DNA of 33,480 nt from a virus (lineage: Duplodnaviria > Caudoviricetes). Shown one piece after another: positions 9,894 to 17,358 of this stretch. The notes under the pieces were generated by a model. It ran no database searches. It was given only the letters and a program-made list of their open reading frames with translations, and had not been told where the DNA came from. Every line of letters starts with the position of its first letter. The stretch's first letter is position 1. The DNA lies in the IMG/VR virus record IMGVR_UViG_3300025572_000020, positions 1 to 33,480 of that record; one strand, given 5' to 3'. The translations under genes were made by a program, and so were the position numbers.

Positions 9894-11545
9894 CCGATGA
9901 ACTCTTCGTGTCCCTGGGACACAACTCGTCCGCCGTCTTCGCTCGCGACGGCGTGGTGATACGAGGCTACGAGCAGGAGCGAATCGATCGCAAGAAAAGC
10001 TCGAGCGCCTATCCGCGCGACGCGATCGAGCTCGCCGTCGGAGACGGCGGAGCGGACGTGGCGTACGTGTCGCACTGGTTCGACGACCTGACGCTTCGGA
10101 ACAACAAGTATCTCGATCTCGATCATCTCGAGAGCGTGGCGGGGGTCGTCGTCGGTCTCAACGACGGATTCACCCACCACGATGCGCACGCCCAGTCGGC
10201 GATCTCGTTCTTTGTCAGCAACGGCGGACGGGCCGACGACGCGCACGTCGTCGTCATCGACGGATTCGGCACGAATCAGGAATGCTTCTCGGTCTACTAC
10301 GCGGTGCATCCGTTCACGACGCGGCCGAAGCTGATGCATCGCACGTACGGGTATTCGCGATCCCTCGGGCTGATGTACCAGTACACGACCGAGTACCTCG
10401 GACTGAAACCGAACCAGGACGAATACAAACTCCTCGGCTACGAGGCGCACGTCCTCGAGTACGTGCCGAGAGCCCACCTGATCGGGATCACGGACGCCAT
10501 CCAGCGGCAGGCCGACTTCCACGCTTGGATGATGCTCGACTCGACCGAGAAGCCGTCGTTGCACGGTAAGCTGATCGACTACAACGCGTTGAAATTCGCG
10601 AAGGCGTACTGGTGGGAGATCGCCGATCGCTGGCGCAAGCTCTTCCCGCCGAATCTCCCCGAAGCCGGAGTCAGAGCGTGCGTGGCGTTCTGCGCTCAGT
10701 ACTTCCTGGAGCAGTGTGTCATCATGCTCCTCGAGAGAGCGATCCCCAAGTCGTTCGGGCCGGCGCCTCACCTGATTCTGACCGGGGGATCGTTCTACAA
10801 CGTCAAACTGAGCCGGCAGGTGAAGCTCAGGACCGGCCGCAGGGTCTTCTCTCACCCCCTTGCGGGCGACCAGGGTGCCGCCATGGGGTTTTCCCCCGAC
10901 CTCACCTGCGCCGGTCTGACCTGGGGCGCCAGGACGATCCTGGGACGAGACGGGCAGCTCCCCGTCGGGGTGGAAGTGGTGGACGCGAGCGAATGGGTTC
11001 CCAGGGCGGCCATGCTCCTCGACGAGGGGCACGTCGTCAACGTCGTTCGCGGCGGGATGGAGTTCGGCCCTCGCGCGCTGTGCAACACGACCACGTTCGC
11101 GATGCCGACTCCGGCGATGGTGTCGCTCATCAACCGACTCAACGAACGCGACGACGTGATGCCCATGGCTCCCGTCATCACCCGGCGTCGGGCTATGCAG
11201 CTGTTCCGTCACGACGAGTTGCTCGACGTGCCCGTGAGCGATCGCTTCATGATCACTACGGTCGCGTTCAAGGACGCGCCCTCTCCTCTGCACATGGGCG
11301 TCGCGCACAGGGATCCTCTCGAGGACGTGTGGACGGCGAGACCTCAGATCGTCGACGAGGGCGACGACGTGCACCGGCTCCTGTGCCTGCTGCCCGATCA
11401 GGTGCTCATCAACACGAGCTTCAACTACCACGGCGAGCCGATCGTCTTCACCGAGGACGACGCTTGCCGGACGCACGAGATGCAGTGCTTCCGCGCGCGG
11501 ACTCTCGGTCTCCAGGAACCCACGACTCTGCTGGTGCGATCATGA
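9890..11545 (+). CDS. O-carbamoyltransferase (NodU/CmcH/TobZ family), probable 5-hydroxymethylcytosine carbamoyltransferase
   Basis: ATG 9890 overlapping the helicase stop, 551 aa. GHNSSA, EQERIDRKK, HHDAHAQSA, IDGFG, SLGLMY, EYKLLG, TGGSFYNV, AGDQGAAMG, MEFGPRAL, PMAP, TARPQ, LINTSFNYHGEPIV. Confidence 0.92.
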   Translation: MTDELFVSLGHNSSAVFARDGVVIRGYEQERIDRKKSSSAYPRDAIELAVGDGGADVAYVSHWFDDLTLRNNKYLDLDHLESVAGVVVGLNDGFTHHDAHAQSAISFFVSNGGRADDAHVVVIDGFGTNQECFSVYYAVHPFTTRPKLMHRTYGYSRSLGLMYQYTTEYLGLKPNQDEYKLLGYEAHVLEYVPRAHLIGITDAIQRQADFHAWMMLDSTEKPSLHGKLIDYNALKFAKAYWWEIADRWRKLFPPNLPEAGVRACVAFCAQYFLEQCVIMLLERAIPKSFGPAPHLILTGGSFYNVKLSRQVKLRTGRRVFSHPLAGDQGAAMGFSPDLTCAGLTWGARTILGRDGQLPVGVEVVDASEWVPRAAMLLDEGHVVNVVRGGMEFGPRALCNTTTFAMPTPAMVSLINRLNERDDVMPMAPVITRRRAMQLFRHDELLDVPVSDRFMITTVAFKDAPSPLHMGVAHRDPLEDVWTARPQIVDEGDDVHRLLCLLPDQVLINTSFNYHGEPIVFTEDDACRTHEMQCFRARTLGLQEPTTLLVRS

Positions 11546-11964
11546 GCGAGAGACATTTGCACGACTTCAACCTCATGATGAACGCCGTCAGGGCGTTCCA
11601 GAAGAAATTCAACCAGGAATACTCCGGCCCGCCTCGCGAGATGCCGGCGTCCGTGGCGTCACTCCGAAAGAAGCTGACGCTGGAGGAGGCGACCGAGCTC
11701 GTGCTCGCGATCGACCGAGGCGAGCTGGACGAGCAGCTCGACGCGCTCATCGATCAGCTCTACGTCCTGATCGGGACCGCGCTGCAGCTCGGGTTCACCC
11801 CTGACATCGTCGTCGCGGCGTTTTGGCGGGTGCACCACGCGAACATGCAGAAGGTGCTCGCCCCGTCGCGACAGGCGTCCAAGCGCGACAGCGCGTGGGA
11901 CATCGTGAAACCTGAGGGCTGGGTCAAGCCCGATCTAACAGACTTAGTGAGGAGAGAACAATGA
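11542..11964 (+). CDS. MazG-like/PRA-PH all-alpha nucleoside triphosphate pyrophosphohydrolase (probable dCTPase/dUTPase)
   Basis: ATG 11542 (ATGA overlap), 140 aa. LRKKLTLEEATEL...LDALIDQLYV...VHHANMQK...KPEGW..PD. Confidence 0.85.
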   Translation: MSERHLHDFNLMMNAVRAFQKKFNQEYSGPPREMPASVASLRKKLTLEEATELVLAIDRGELDEQLDALIDQLYVLIGTALQLGFTPDIVVAAFWRVHHANMQKVLAPSRQASKRDSAWDIVKPEGWVKPDLTDLVRREQ

Positions 11965-12479
11965 TCATCGTCGAGGGGTTCGACGCGTCCGGCAAAACGA
12001 CTCTGGCCAACGAGATCGGGCGCGTGATGGGCTGGCAGGTGCTGCACACCGGGGGTCCGACTCGGAACGAGGACGACGTCTACGCGTGCCTGTTCCGGAG
12101 CTGCCAGCGCATGCGAATGAAGTGCGTGCAGGATCGAATCACGCACATCAGCGAGAGCGTGTACTCGCTGCTCCACAATCCGGCGAAGGCGGCGATCGCC
12201 ATCGACGCGCTGAGGGACATCCGCGCGCCGACGATGGTCGTGTATTGCCGGCCGCCCGACGAGACGCTGCTGAAGGGCGTGCTCGAGGATCACAGGCGCA
12301 AGGCACACGATACGGACGAGCACATGGCCCGTGTGCTCGAGACGGCACCGGCGCTCATCAAGGCGTACGACACGATCATGGAGATCGTGGCGCTGAGAAA
12401 CAAGATCGTTCGCTACGATCGCACGGTTCAGGGCGACATGCAGCGGGTTGTCGAGATAGCTACGAGGTGGTTCCAATGA
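11961..12479 (+). CDS. P-loop deoxynucleoside monophosphate kinase (thymidylate-kinase-like)
   Basis: MIIVEGFDASGKTT P-loop, QDR...SESVY motif, VVYCRP strand. Confidence 0.85.
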   Translation: MIIVEGFDASGKTTLANEIGRVMGWQVLHTGGPTRNEDDVYACLFRSCQRMRMKCVQDRITHISESVYSLLHNPAKAAIAIDALRDIRAPTMVVYCRPPDETLLKGVLEDHRRKAHDTDEHMARVLETAPALIKAYDTIMEIVALRNKIVRYDRTVQGDMQRVVEIATRWFQ

Positions 12480-13306
12480 CGAGCGTATTCGAGAACATCG
12501 ATCAAGCGTTGAGCCACGCGCTCGACCAGGTGATGACGCGCGGCCAGGAGTCGGCGCCGCGAGGCAAACGGGTCCGGGAGCTGATCGGCGAGGCGATCTC
12601 GTTCGACATGCGCTACCCGATCGTGACCAAGCCGTCGCGAAAGATCGGCTATCGGTTCTATCCGGCGGAGGCTGCGTGGATACTAATGGGAAGAAAAGAC
12701 ATTCAGTATTTCAGAGACAAAAACATGCCCTTCATCTGGCAGTTCAGCGATGATGGCTTCTTCTACGACGGCGCGTACGGCCCGCCAGTCGTCGAACAGT
12801 TAAGCTATGTCTGCGATATGCTATCCGATGATCCCGACACCAGGCAGGCTGTCATGACGATATGGCGACCTAATCCTCGACCGTCGCGTGATATCCCGTG
12901 CACTCTGTCATACCAATTCATCGCTCGCGACGGCATGCTTCACTGCATCCAGTCGATGCGTTCGAGCGACGTGTGGCTCGGCTATCCTTATGACGCGTTC
13001 AACGCTGCGATGTTGACGACGTACATCATCCTCTTGCTCCGCGAACGGGCGAAACGCGGCCGCAAGGATCTGAAACTCGGGTATCACACACTCATGGTCG
13101 GGAGCCAGCACATCTACGAGCCCCAGTGGCAGAGCGCCCTCGACTTTGTGTACGACAACGATGTCGCGACGTACGCACCCATCGATCCGTCGAAGTTCGA
13201 AACACCGCAGTCGCTTATCAACTATCTGGATCTAATGGCTTCGAAACCGGATGGCGTGAATCCGCGCAAGAACGCTGTCAAGGTTTTCGAGCCGCGCAAT
13301 CCCTAA
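12476..13306 (+). CDS. Thymidylate-synthase homolog, probable dCMP hydroxymethyltransferase
   Basis: ATG 12476, 276 aa. AEAAWIL, GAYG, DTRQAV, catalytic DIPCT (Cys142), MRSSDVWLGYPYD with Asp173 at the E. coli ThyA Asn177 position, SQHIYE. Confidence 0.88.
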   Translation: MTSVFENIDQALSHALDQVMTRGQESAPRGKRVRELIGEAISFDMRYPIVTKPSRKIGYRFYPAEAAWILMGRKDIQYFRDKNMPFIWQFSDDGFFYDGAYGPPVVEQLSYVCDMLSDDPDTRQAVMTIWRPNPRPSRDIPCTLSYQFIARDGMLHCIQSMRSSDVWLGYPYDAFNAAMLTTYIILLLRERAKRGRKDLKLGYHTLMVGSQHIYEPQWQSALDFVYDNDVATYAPIDPSKFETPQSLINYLDLMASKPDGVNPRKNAVKVFEPRNP

Positions 13307-13312
13307 AGCATC

Positions 13313-13345
13313 AGGGGCCCGGATTCTCCGAGGCCCCTTTTCTTT
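13313..13345 (+). terminator. Rho-independent terminator ending the replication/modification operon
   Basis: AGGGGCC-CGGA-ttc-TCCG-AGGCCCCT followed by TTTCTTT. Confidence 0.8.
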
Positions 13346-13371
13346 GCCTACTATAGACTGCGTAACACTTT

Positions 13372-13460
13372 TCATAATTTTGCAGTTTACAAGCTCTTCG
13401 CTTTTGCAACAGAATGCTCTCCGTGGTCCGGGATGGTCCTGGACCCAAAACGGAGGAATC
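13372..13460 (+). promoter_or_regulatory. Putative sigma70-like promoter and structured 5' leader
   Basis: TTTACA(13386-13391)-N18-CAGAAT(13410-13415). A downstream hairpin pairs CTCCGT with ACGGAG over the SD. Confidence 0.55.
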
Positions 13461-13463
13461 GAT

Positions 13464-14555
13464 ATGAAGACTGGACTCTCACTGACCGAGCTGGCGAAAG
13501 AGCTCGAGCGTCGTCGCGAAGCCAAGGCTGACTTCATCGCGCCGATCTCGAAGCTCAAAGTAGCGGTCGGTTCGGACAAGAGCCCGATCGTCGTGCTCGA
13601 TGAGAAGATGACGTTCGACATCAACAAGGTGGCTCACGAGCAGCTCGCCGACTACGCCGGCATCCCCATGGCGTACTACCGCCGGATGCTCGAGAACGAT
13701 CCCGAGCTCCTGGCCCACAACGTGAACCGCTGGCTGAGCGATCGCGCCGACGAGCGTCGCATGGTTCGCACCCTCGACGGCCAGGTGCGCGCCGTCCTCT
13801 CCGACAAGTACCGAGCCCTTGAGAACGAGGACCTCGCCGAAGCCGTCCTACCGGTCCTGATGGAGCGCAATCTCCTGATCATGAGCTGCCATGTGACCGA
13901 GTCGCGCCTGTACATCAAGGCGGTCGATCGCAAGATCGAGAAGGACGTGCCTACCGGCCGCAGGTTGGGCGACGGCAGCAACGTGTTCTTCGACACGCTC
14001 TCGCCGGCCATCACGATCTCGAACTCGGAGGTTGGTCGTGGATCCCTGCTGATCGAGACGGGCGTCTTCACGAAGGCCTGCACGAACCTGGCGACCTTCG
14101 AGACGAAGCTTCGCAAGTTCCATACGGGCGCACGGGCCGAGCTGAGCGATCAGGTCTACGCGCTCCTGACCGACAAGACGAAGCGCCTCACCGACGCCGC
14201 GCTGTGGTCGCAGACGCGAGACCTCGTGGCCGCCGCGTTCGATCAGGCGAAGTTCGAGGCGCTCGTGGAGAAGATCGGCGAGGCGTCCCAGGACAAGCTC
14301 CCCAAGAAGGCTGACGTCGTCGAGGTCGTCGAGCGGGTGGGCAAGAAGTTCGGGCTTGCCGAGGGCGAGCGCAAGGGCGTGCTCCAGACCCTAATCGAGG
14401 GCGGCGACATGACACGCTACGGGGTGCACGCCGCGATCACCCGCTACAGCCAGGAAGTCGAGGACTACGACCGTGCGACCGAGCTCGAGCGGATGGGCGC
14501 ACGTATCATCGATCTCTCCCGCTCAGAATGGAAGCAGCTCGCTGAGGCCGCCTGA
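13464..14555 (+). CDS. DUF932-like phage/plasmid protein
   Basis: SD GGAGG, ATG 13464, 363 aa. RAVLSDKY, ISNSEVGRGSL, CTNL, RKFHTG motifs. Confidence 0.75.
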   Translation: MKTGLSLTELAKELERRREAKADFIAPISKLKVAVGSDKSPIVVLDEKMTFDINKVAHEQLADYAGIPMAYYRRMLENDPELLAHNVNRWLSDRADERRMVRTLDGQVRAVLSDKYRALENEDLAEAVLPVLMERNLLIMSCHVTESRLYIKAVDRKIEKDVPTGRRLGDGSNVFFDTLSPAITISNSEVGRGSLLIETGVFTKACTNLATFETKLRKFHTGARAELSDQVYALLTDKTKRLTDAALWSQTRDLVAAAFDQAKFEALVEKIGEASQDKLPKKADVVEVVERVGKKFGLAEGERKGVLQTLIEGGDMTRYGVHAAITRYSQEVEDYDRATELERMGARIIDLSRSEWKQLAEAA

Positions 14556-14568
14556 TCGGCCTTCCTCC

Positions 14569-14606
14569 GGAGCCCGGTGGTTATGAGACGCCGGGCTCCC
14601 CTTTTT
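14569..14606 (+). terminator. Rho-independent terminator
   Basis: GGAGCCCGG...CCGGGCTCC stem followed by CCTTTTT. Confidence 0.7.
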
Positions 14607-14629
14607 AACCTGACACAGGAGCGAAGAAA

Positions 14630-14827
14630 ATGAACAACCCGATCGCAGACCAGATCGTCGACACGCTGACGAACCTGCGGCGCGAGGTCTTGACCAATGG
14701 CATCACGGTCGAAGCCGACGTCATGTGGCGACACGCGCTGTCGCTCTACCGCATGCGGCGCGACTCGTTTTCGGCCATGCCAGAGCCGGCGGAGCTGTCG
14801 ATGTTTCTCCGTCCGCAGGCGGGCTGA
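14630..14827 (+). CDS. Hypothetical protein (65 aa)
   Basis: SD AGGAG upstream of ATG. Confidence 0.7.
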   Translation: MNNPIADQIVDTLTNLRREVLTNGITVEADVMWRHALSLYRMRRDSFSAMPEPAELSMFLRPQAG

Positions 14828-14847
14828 GATGTCTTTGGGAGGTCAGG

Positions 14848-15015
14848 ATGAAACTGCGAATCCGAGAAGTTGTGCGTGGTCAACGGCTCCGTCACGTCAT
14901 TCAACAACGCCGCTGGCTCCGGTGGCGCGACGTTCCCGAGCAGGACTATCCGACTCGGTATCAAGCCATCGCTGCGAAGTACCGACTGGAGAGACTCCAT
15001 GAGAGGCGACAATGA
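14848..15015 (+). CDS. Small basic hypothetical protein (55 aa)
   Basis: SD GGAGGT, ATG 14848. Stop overlaps the next ATG. Confidence 0.6.
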   Translation: MKLRIREVVRGQRLRHVIQQRRWLRWRDVPEQDYPTRYQAIAAKYRLERLHERRQ

Positions 15016-15188
15016 TCATCCGGATAATCGCGATCGATCCCGACCCGAAGGATCCGAGGGACGACGTGATCGTGTATCAGGTGCCCGAGAAGAGCCGCGC
15101 TCACGAGCTGTTAGTCGAACTCCTCGAGCGTCACGGAATCGAGTACGTCGAAATGGAGCCGACGGTCACGCGTCAACGCCGAGATTAA
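15012..15188 (+). CDS. Hypothetical protein (58 aa; MIIRIIAIDPDPKDPRDD...)
   Basis: ATGA overlap, SD GAGG, ends at TAA two bases before the deaminase ATG. Not in the ORF track. Confidence 0.6.
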   Translation: MIIRIIAIDPDPKDPRDDVIVYQVPEKSRAHELLVELLERHGIEYVEMEPTVTRQRRD

Positions 15189-15190
15189 AG

Positions 15191-16099
15191 ATGCCGAGAG
15201 ATCCGCCCATCAGCGAGACAGCGACAATGAGACCGAGCATCGATCGATACTTCATCGACATGTCGAGGCTGGTCGCCAGTCGAAGCACGTGCGTCAGGCG
15301 AGCCGTAGGATGCGTGCTCGTCGACCGACACAACCACGTCCTGGCGACCGGGTATAACGGAGTGCCGGCAGGGCAGCCACATTGCAACGACGTAGACGTC
15401 GCCGCCGGCGTCGTTTACTTCCCGCACGCGTGCGCGGGGGCAAGCGCGAGGTCAGGGCAGAATCTGGATGCCTGCCACGCCGTGCACGCCGAACAGAACG
15501 CGGTGCTGCAGTGCCCGGACGCCCACGCGATCAAGCGCGCGTACGTCACCGCGTTCCCGTGTCCGAGCTGCACGAAGCTCCTCCTCAACACTTCCTGCGA
15601 GGAGATCGTCTACGACCAGGAGTACGGCGACGACGCCGGCCGACTGCTCTGGATCGCCTCGGGTCGCCTCGCCCGAGCGTTCGACGGCGAACCGCCGATG
15701 ATCCAGAGGGACCTCGTCCGGCTCTTCGGGCCCGACGACCCGCTCAACGAATGGCGGGTGGTGGTCGCCTGCGTGTGCTTGAACGTCTGCTCCGCCAGGA
15801 TCGCCAGGGGCGTCGTGATGCGGCTCCTGGAGCGATGGCCTACGCCCGCATCGCTGGCGATGGCGGGGCCCGACCTGGAGGCGATTCTGAAGCCTCTGGG
15901 TATGAGCGAAAAAAGAGCCGAAACGTTGCGCGGTCTCTACAAAGCTTGGGGTAAGATGCCCCTCGAGGAAATCCCGGGCGTCGGACCCTACGCGGTCGAG
16001 AGCGTCCTGGTGTTCTGCCGAGGCGAGATCCCGCAGCGGATCTGCGACCGGAAGGTCGCGGCGTGGGTAGACTGGAAGCGGAACACCGAAAAACTGTAG
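15191..16099 (+). CDS. Fusion of dCMP deaminase (N-terminal) and MBD4-like HhH-GPD DNA glycosylase (C-terminal)
   Basis: RSTCVRRAVGCVLV, ATGYNG, HAEQNA, PCPSC deaminase motifs. Then in frame from about 15698: MIQ, WRVVVACVCLN, LKPLGM..KRA, EIPGVGPYA.ES..FC, D-RK...W. Alternative start at 15227. Confidence 0.85.
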   Translation: MPRDPPISETATMRPSIDRYFIDMSRLVASRSTCVRRAVGCVLVDRHNHVLATGYNGVPAGQPHCNDVDVAAGVVYFPHACAGASARSGQNLDACHAVHAEQNAVLQCPDAHAIKRAYVTAFPCPSCTKLLLNTSCEEIVYDQEYGDDAGRLLWIASGRLARAFDGEPPMIQRDLVRLFGPDDPLNEWRVVVACVCLNVCSARIARGVVMRLLERWPTPASLAMAGPDLEAILKPLGMSEKRAETLRGLYKAWGKMPLEEIPGVGPYAVESVLVFCRGEIPQRICDRKVAAWVDWKRNTEKL

Positions 16100-16105
16100 A
16101 GCCCG

Positions 16106-16235
16106 TCATAGTTTTTGCAAAAGTGGTGTAATACGCCGAAGAGCTTCGGTACGGTCGGTTTCCGTGGTCGCGGGGAATGGTTCCCCGAAACGAAGACCGG
16201 CCAGCCCCGGCCCAAGGGGCACCAGACAGGAGACC
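16106..16235 (+). promoter_or_regulatory. Putative promoter and structured leader resembling 13372-13460
   Basis: TCATAGTTTTTGCAAAA, candidate -10 TACGGT (16150-16155), TCCGTGGTC, hairpin CGGGGAA-tgg-TTCCCCG, SD AGGAG. Confidence 0.5.
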
Positions 16236-16240
16236 AGATC

Positions 16241-16477
16241 ATGACTACTCGTATCGGCCCCCAGATGTCTCGCGCCGTTGCCATCGTTGCCGCGAATCCG
16301 GGATGTTCGAAGCGCTTCGTCGCAATGCGAATCAGCCCGCACCCGATCCCGAGCAGGAATTGGGCGCTCGGTTACGAGCCGGTCAACCGCGCGATCCGCG
16401 CCGGACTCATAAAGGCCACGTACAGCGATGGCCGCTACTCGCTGACTGTCGCCGACTCGGACGAGGGAGGCAGGTAA
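16241..16477 (+). CDS. Hypothetical protein, possibly winged-helix DNA-binding (78 aa)
   Basis: SD AGGAG. Pattern VAANPGCSK...VNRAIRAGLI...YSL resembles wHTH topology. Confidence 0.65.
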   Translation: MTTRIGPQMSRAVAIVAANPGCSKRFVAMRISPHPIPSRNWALGYEPVNRAIRAGLIKATYSDGRYSLTVADSDEGGR

Positions 16478-16569
16478 TGGTAGCCCTGATCATCGCAGTC
16501 ATCATCACCGGCTGGGTTCTCTCCCGGCCGGTGGTCTGGACGGTCCGAGCGCTGGGCGTCCGAATATGA
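16477..16569 (+). CDS. Small membrane peptide (30 aa)
   Basis: TAATG overlap, SD GGAGG, hydrophobic MVALIIAVIITGWVL. Confidence 0.55.
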   Translation: MVALIIAVIITGWVLSRPVVWTVRALGVRI

Positions 16570-16784
16570 GCGCCCGTCACGTCAACATCGACGCCGTGAA
16601 GAAGGAGCTCGCGGCGATGCGCGAGGTCGGAGTCATCGACGAGCGCAGGTATGCTGCCGCGCTGCGCTACGTCGCGACCAACGAGGAAGAGGTGTCAGAC
16701 ATGTGCGAGTACTCGCCCGTGTCGGACGTCGCAAACTCGGTGGTGGAGATCGCCGGCAGCTGTGCGAACGGAAGGTGCGAGTGA
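16566..16784 (+). CDS. Hypothetical protein (72 aa)
   Basis: ATGA overlap, typical codon usage. Confidence 0.7.
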   Translation: MSARHVNIDAVKKELAAMREVGVIDERRYAAALRYVATNEEEVSDMCEYSPVSDVANSVVEIAGSCANGRCE

Positions 16785-16834
16785 AGGCGCGACGCGCCGC
16801 TCTAGATTCGACATCAACTCAGGAGTTCACTGAC

Positions 16835-17251
16835 ATGGCAACGAAGAAAGCATCCAAGAAGGCGACGAAGAAGGCCGCGACGAAGAAGGCCCCGGCGAAG
16901 AAGGTCGCGAAGAAGCTCGACGACAAGGCGCTGGCCGCCAAGCGCAAGAACCGCGATTCGATCGCGCAGTACATCAAGGACCAGATCGCCGCCGGCGAGA
17001 CGGACGTCGACGCGATCCTCGAGTCTGCGAAGAAGGAGTTCCCGGGCAAGAAGCCGACGCGCGGCTACGTGCGCTGGATCGCCAGGCACCAGATGGGCAA
17101 GGAGCTCGGCAAGGCGAAGATCGCTTCGAAGGCTCCGGCGAAGAAAGCCGCGAGCAAGAAGAAGGCCTCCGCGAAGACGAGCGAGCCCGCGACGCCCGCC
17201 CCCAAGGTCGACGACACGGGCTCCCAGCCGGCGGTGGACCTGGCGTCATGA
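16835..17251 (+). CDS. Lys/Ala-rich histone H1-like DNA-binding protein with a small central globular domain
   Basis: SD AGGAG, ATG 16835. KKA/TKKA/PAKK repeats flank DSIAQYIKDQI...YVRWIAR. Confidence 0.8.
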   Translation: MATKKASKKATKKAATKKAPAKKVAKKLDDKALAAKRKNRDSIAQYIKDQIAAGETDVDAILESAKKEFPGKKPTRGYVRWIARHQMGKELGKAKIASKAPAKKAASKKKASAKTSEPATPAPKVDDTGSQPAVDLAS

Positions 17252-17358
17252 TCGCGGTCCTCCTCCTGCTGTGCGTCGTGCTCGGCACCGCGATCTACTT
17301 CAAGATCGTCAGACCGTTCACGCCGTACGGCAGGAGGGGCCCGTGGAGACATCGATGA
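17248..17358 (+). CDS. Small single-pass membrane peptide (36 aa)
   Basis: ATGA overlaps at both ends. MIAVLLLLCVVLGTAIYF followed by a basic tail. Confidence 0.55.
   Translation: MIAVLLLLCVVLGTAIYFKIVRPFTPYGRRGPWRHR

Noticed and set aside
10612-11541. Long N-terminal extensions of the MazG-like, TS-like (from 12086), deaminase (from 14870) and holin (from 19324) ORFs
   Set aside because: Arg/Pro-rich off-frame read-through of upstream genes. Internal starts with overlaps or SD sequences fit the domain boundaries.
12476-13306. Calling this gene canonical thyA or a dUMP hydroxymethylase (5hmU pathway)
   Set aside because: Asp rather than Asn at the specificity position points to dCMP. The nearby dCMP deaminase keeps a uracil route conceivable but less likely.
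16150-16200. Hammerhead ribozyme (stem followed by GAAAC)
   Set aside because: The required CUGANGA core is absent, so it is kept only as a structured leader.
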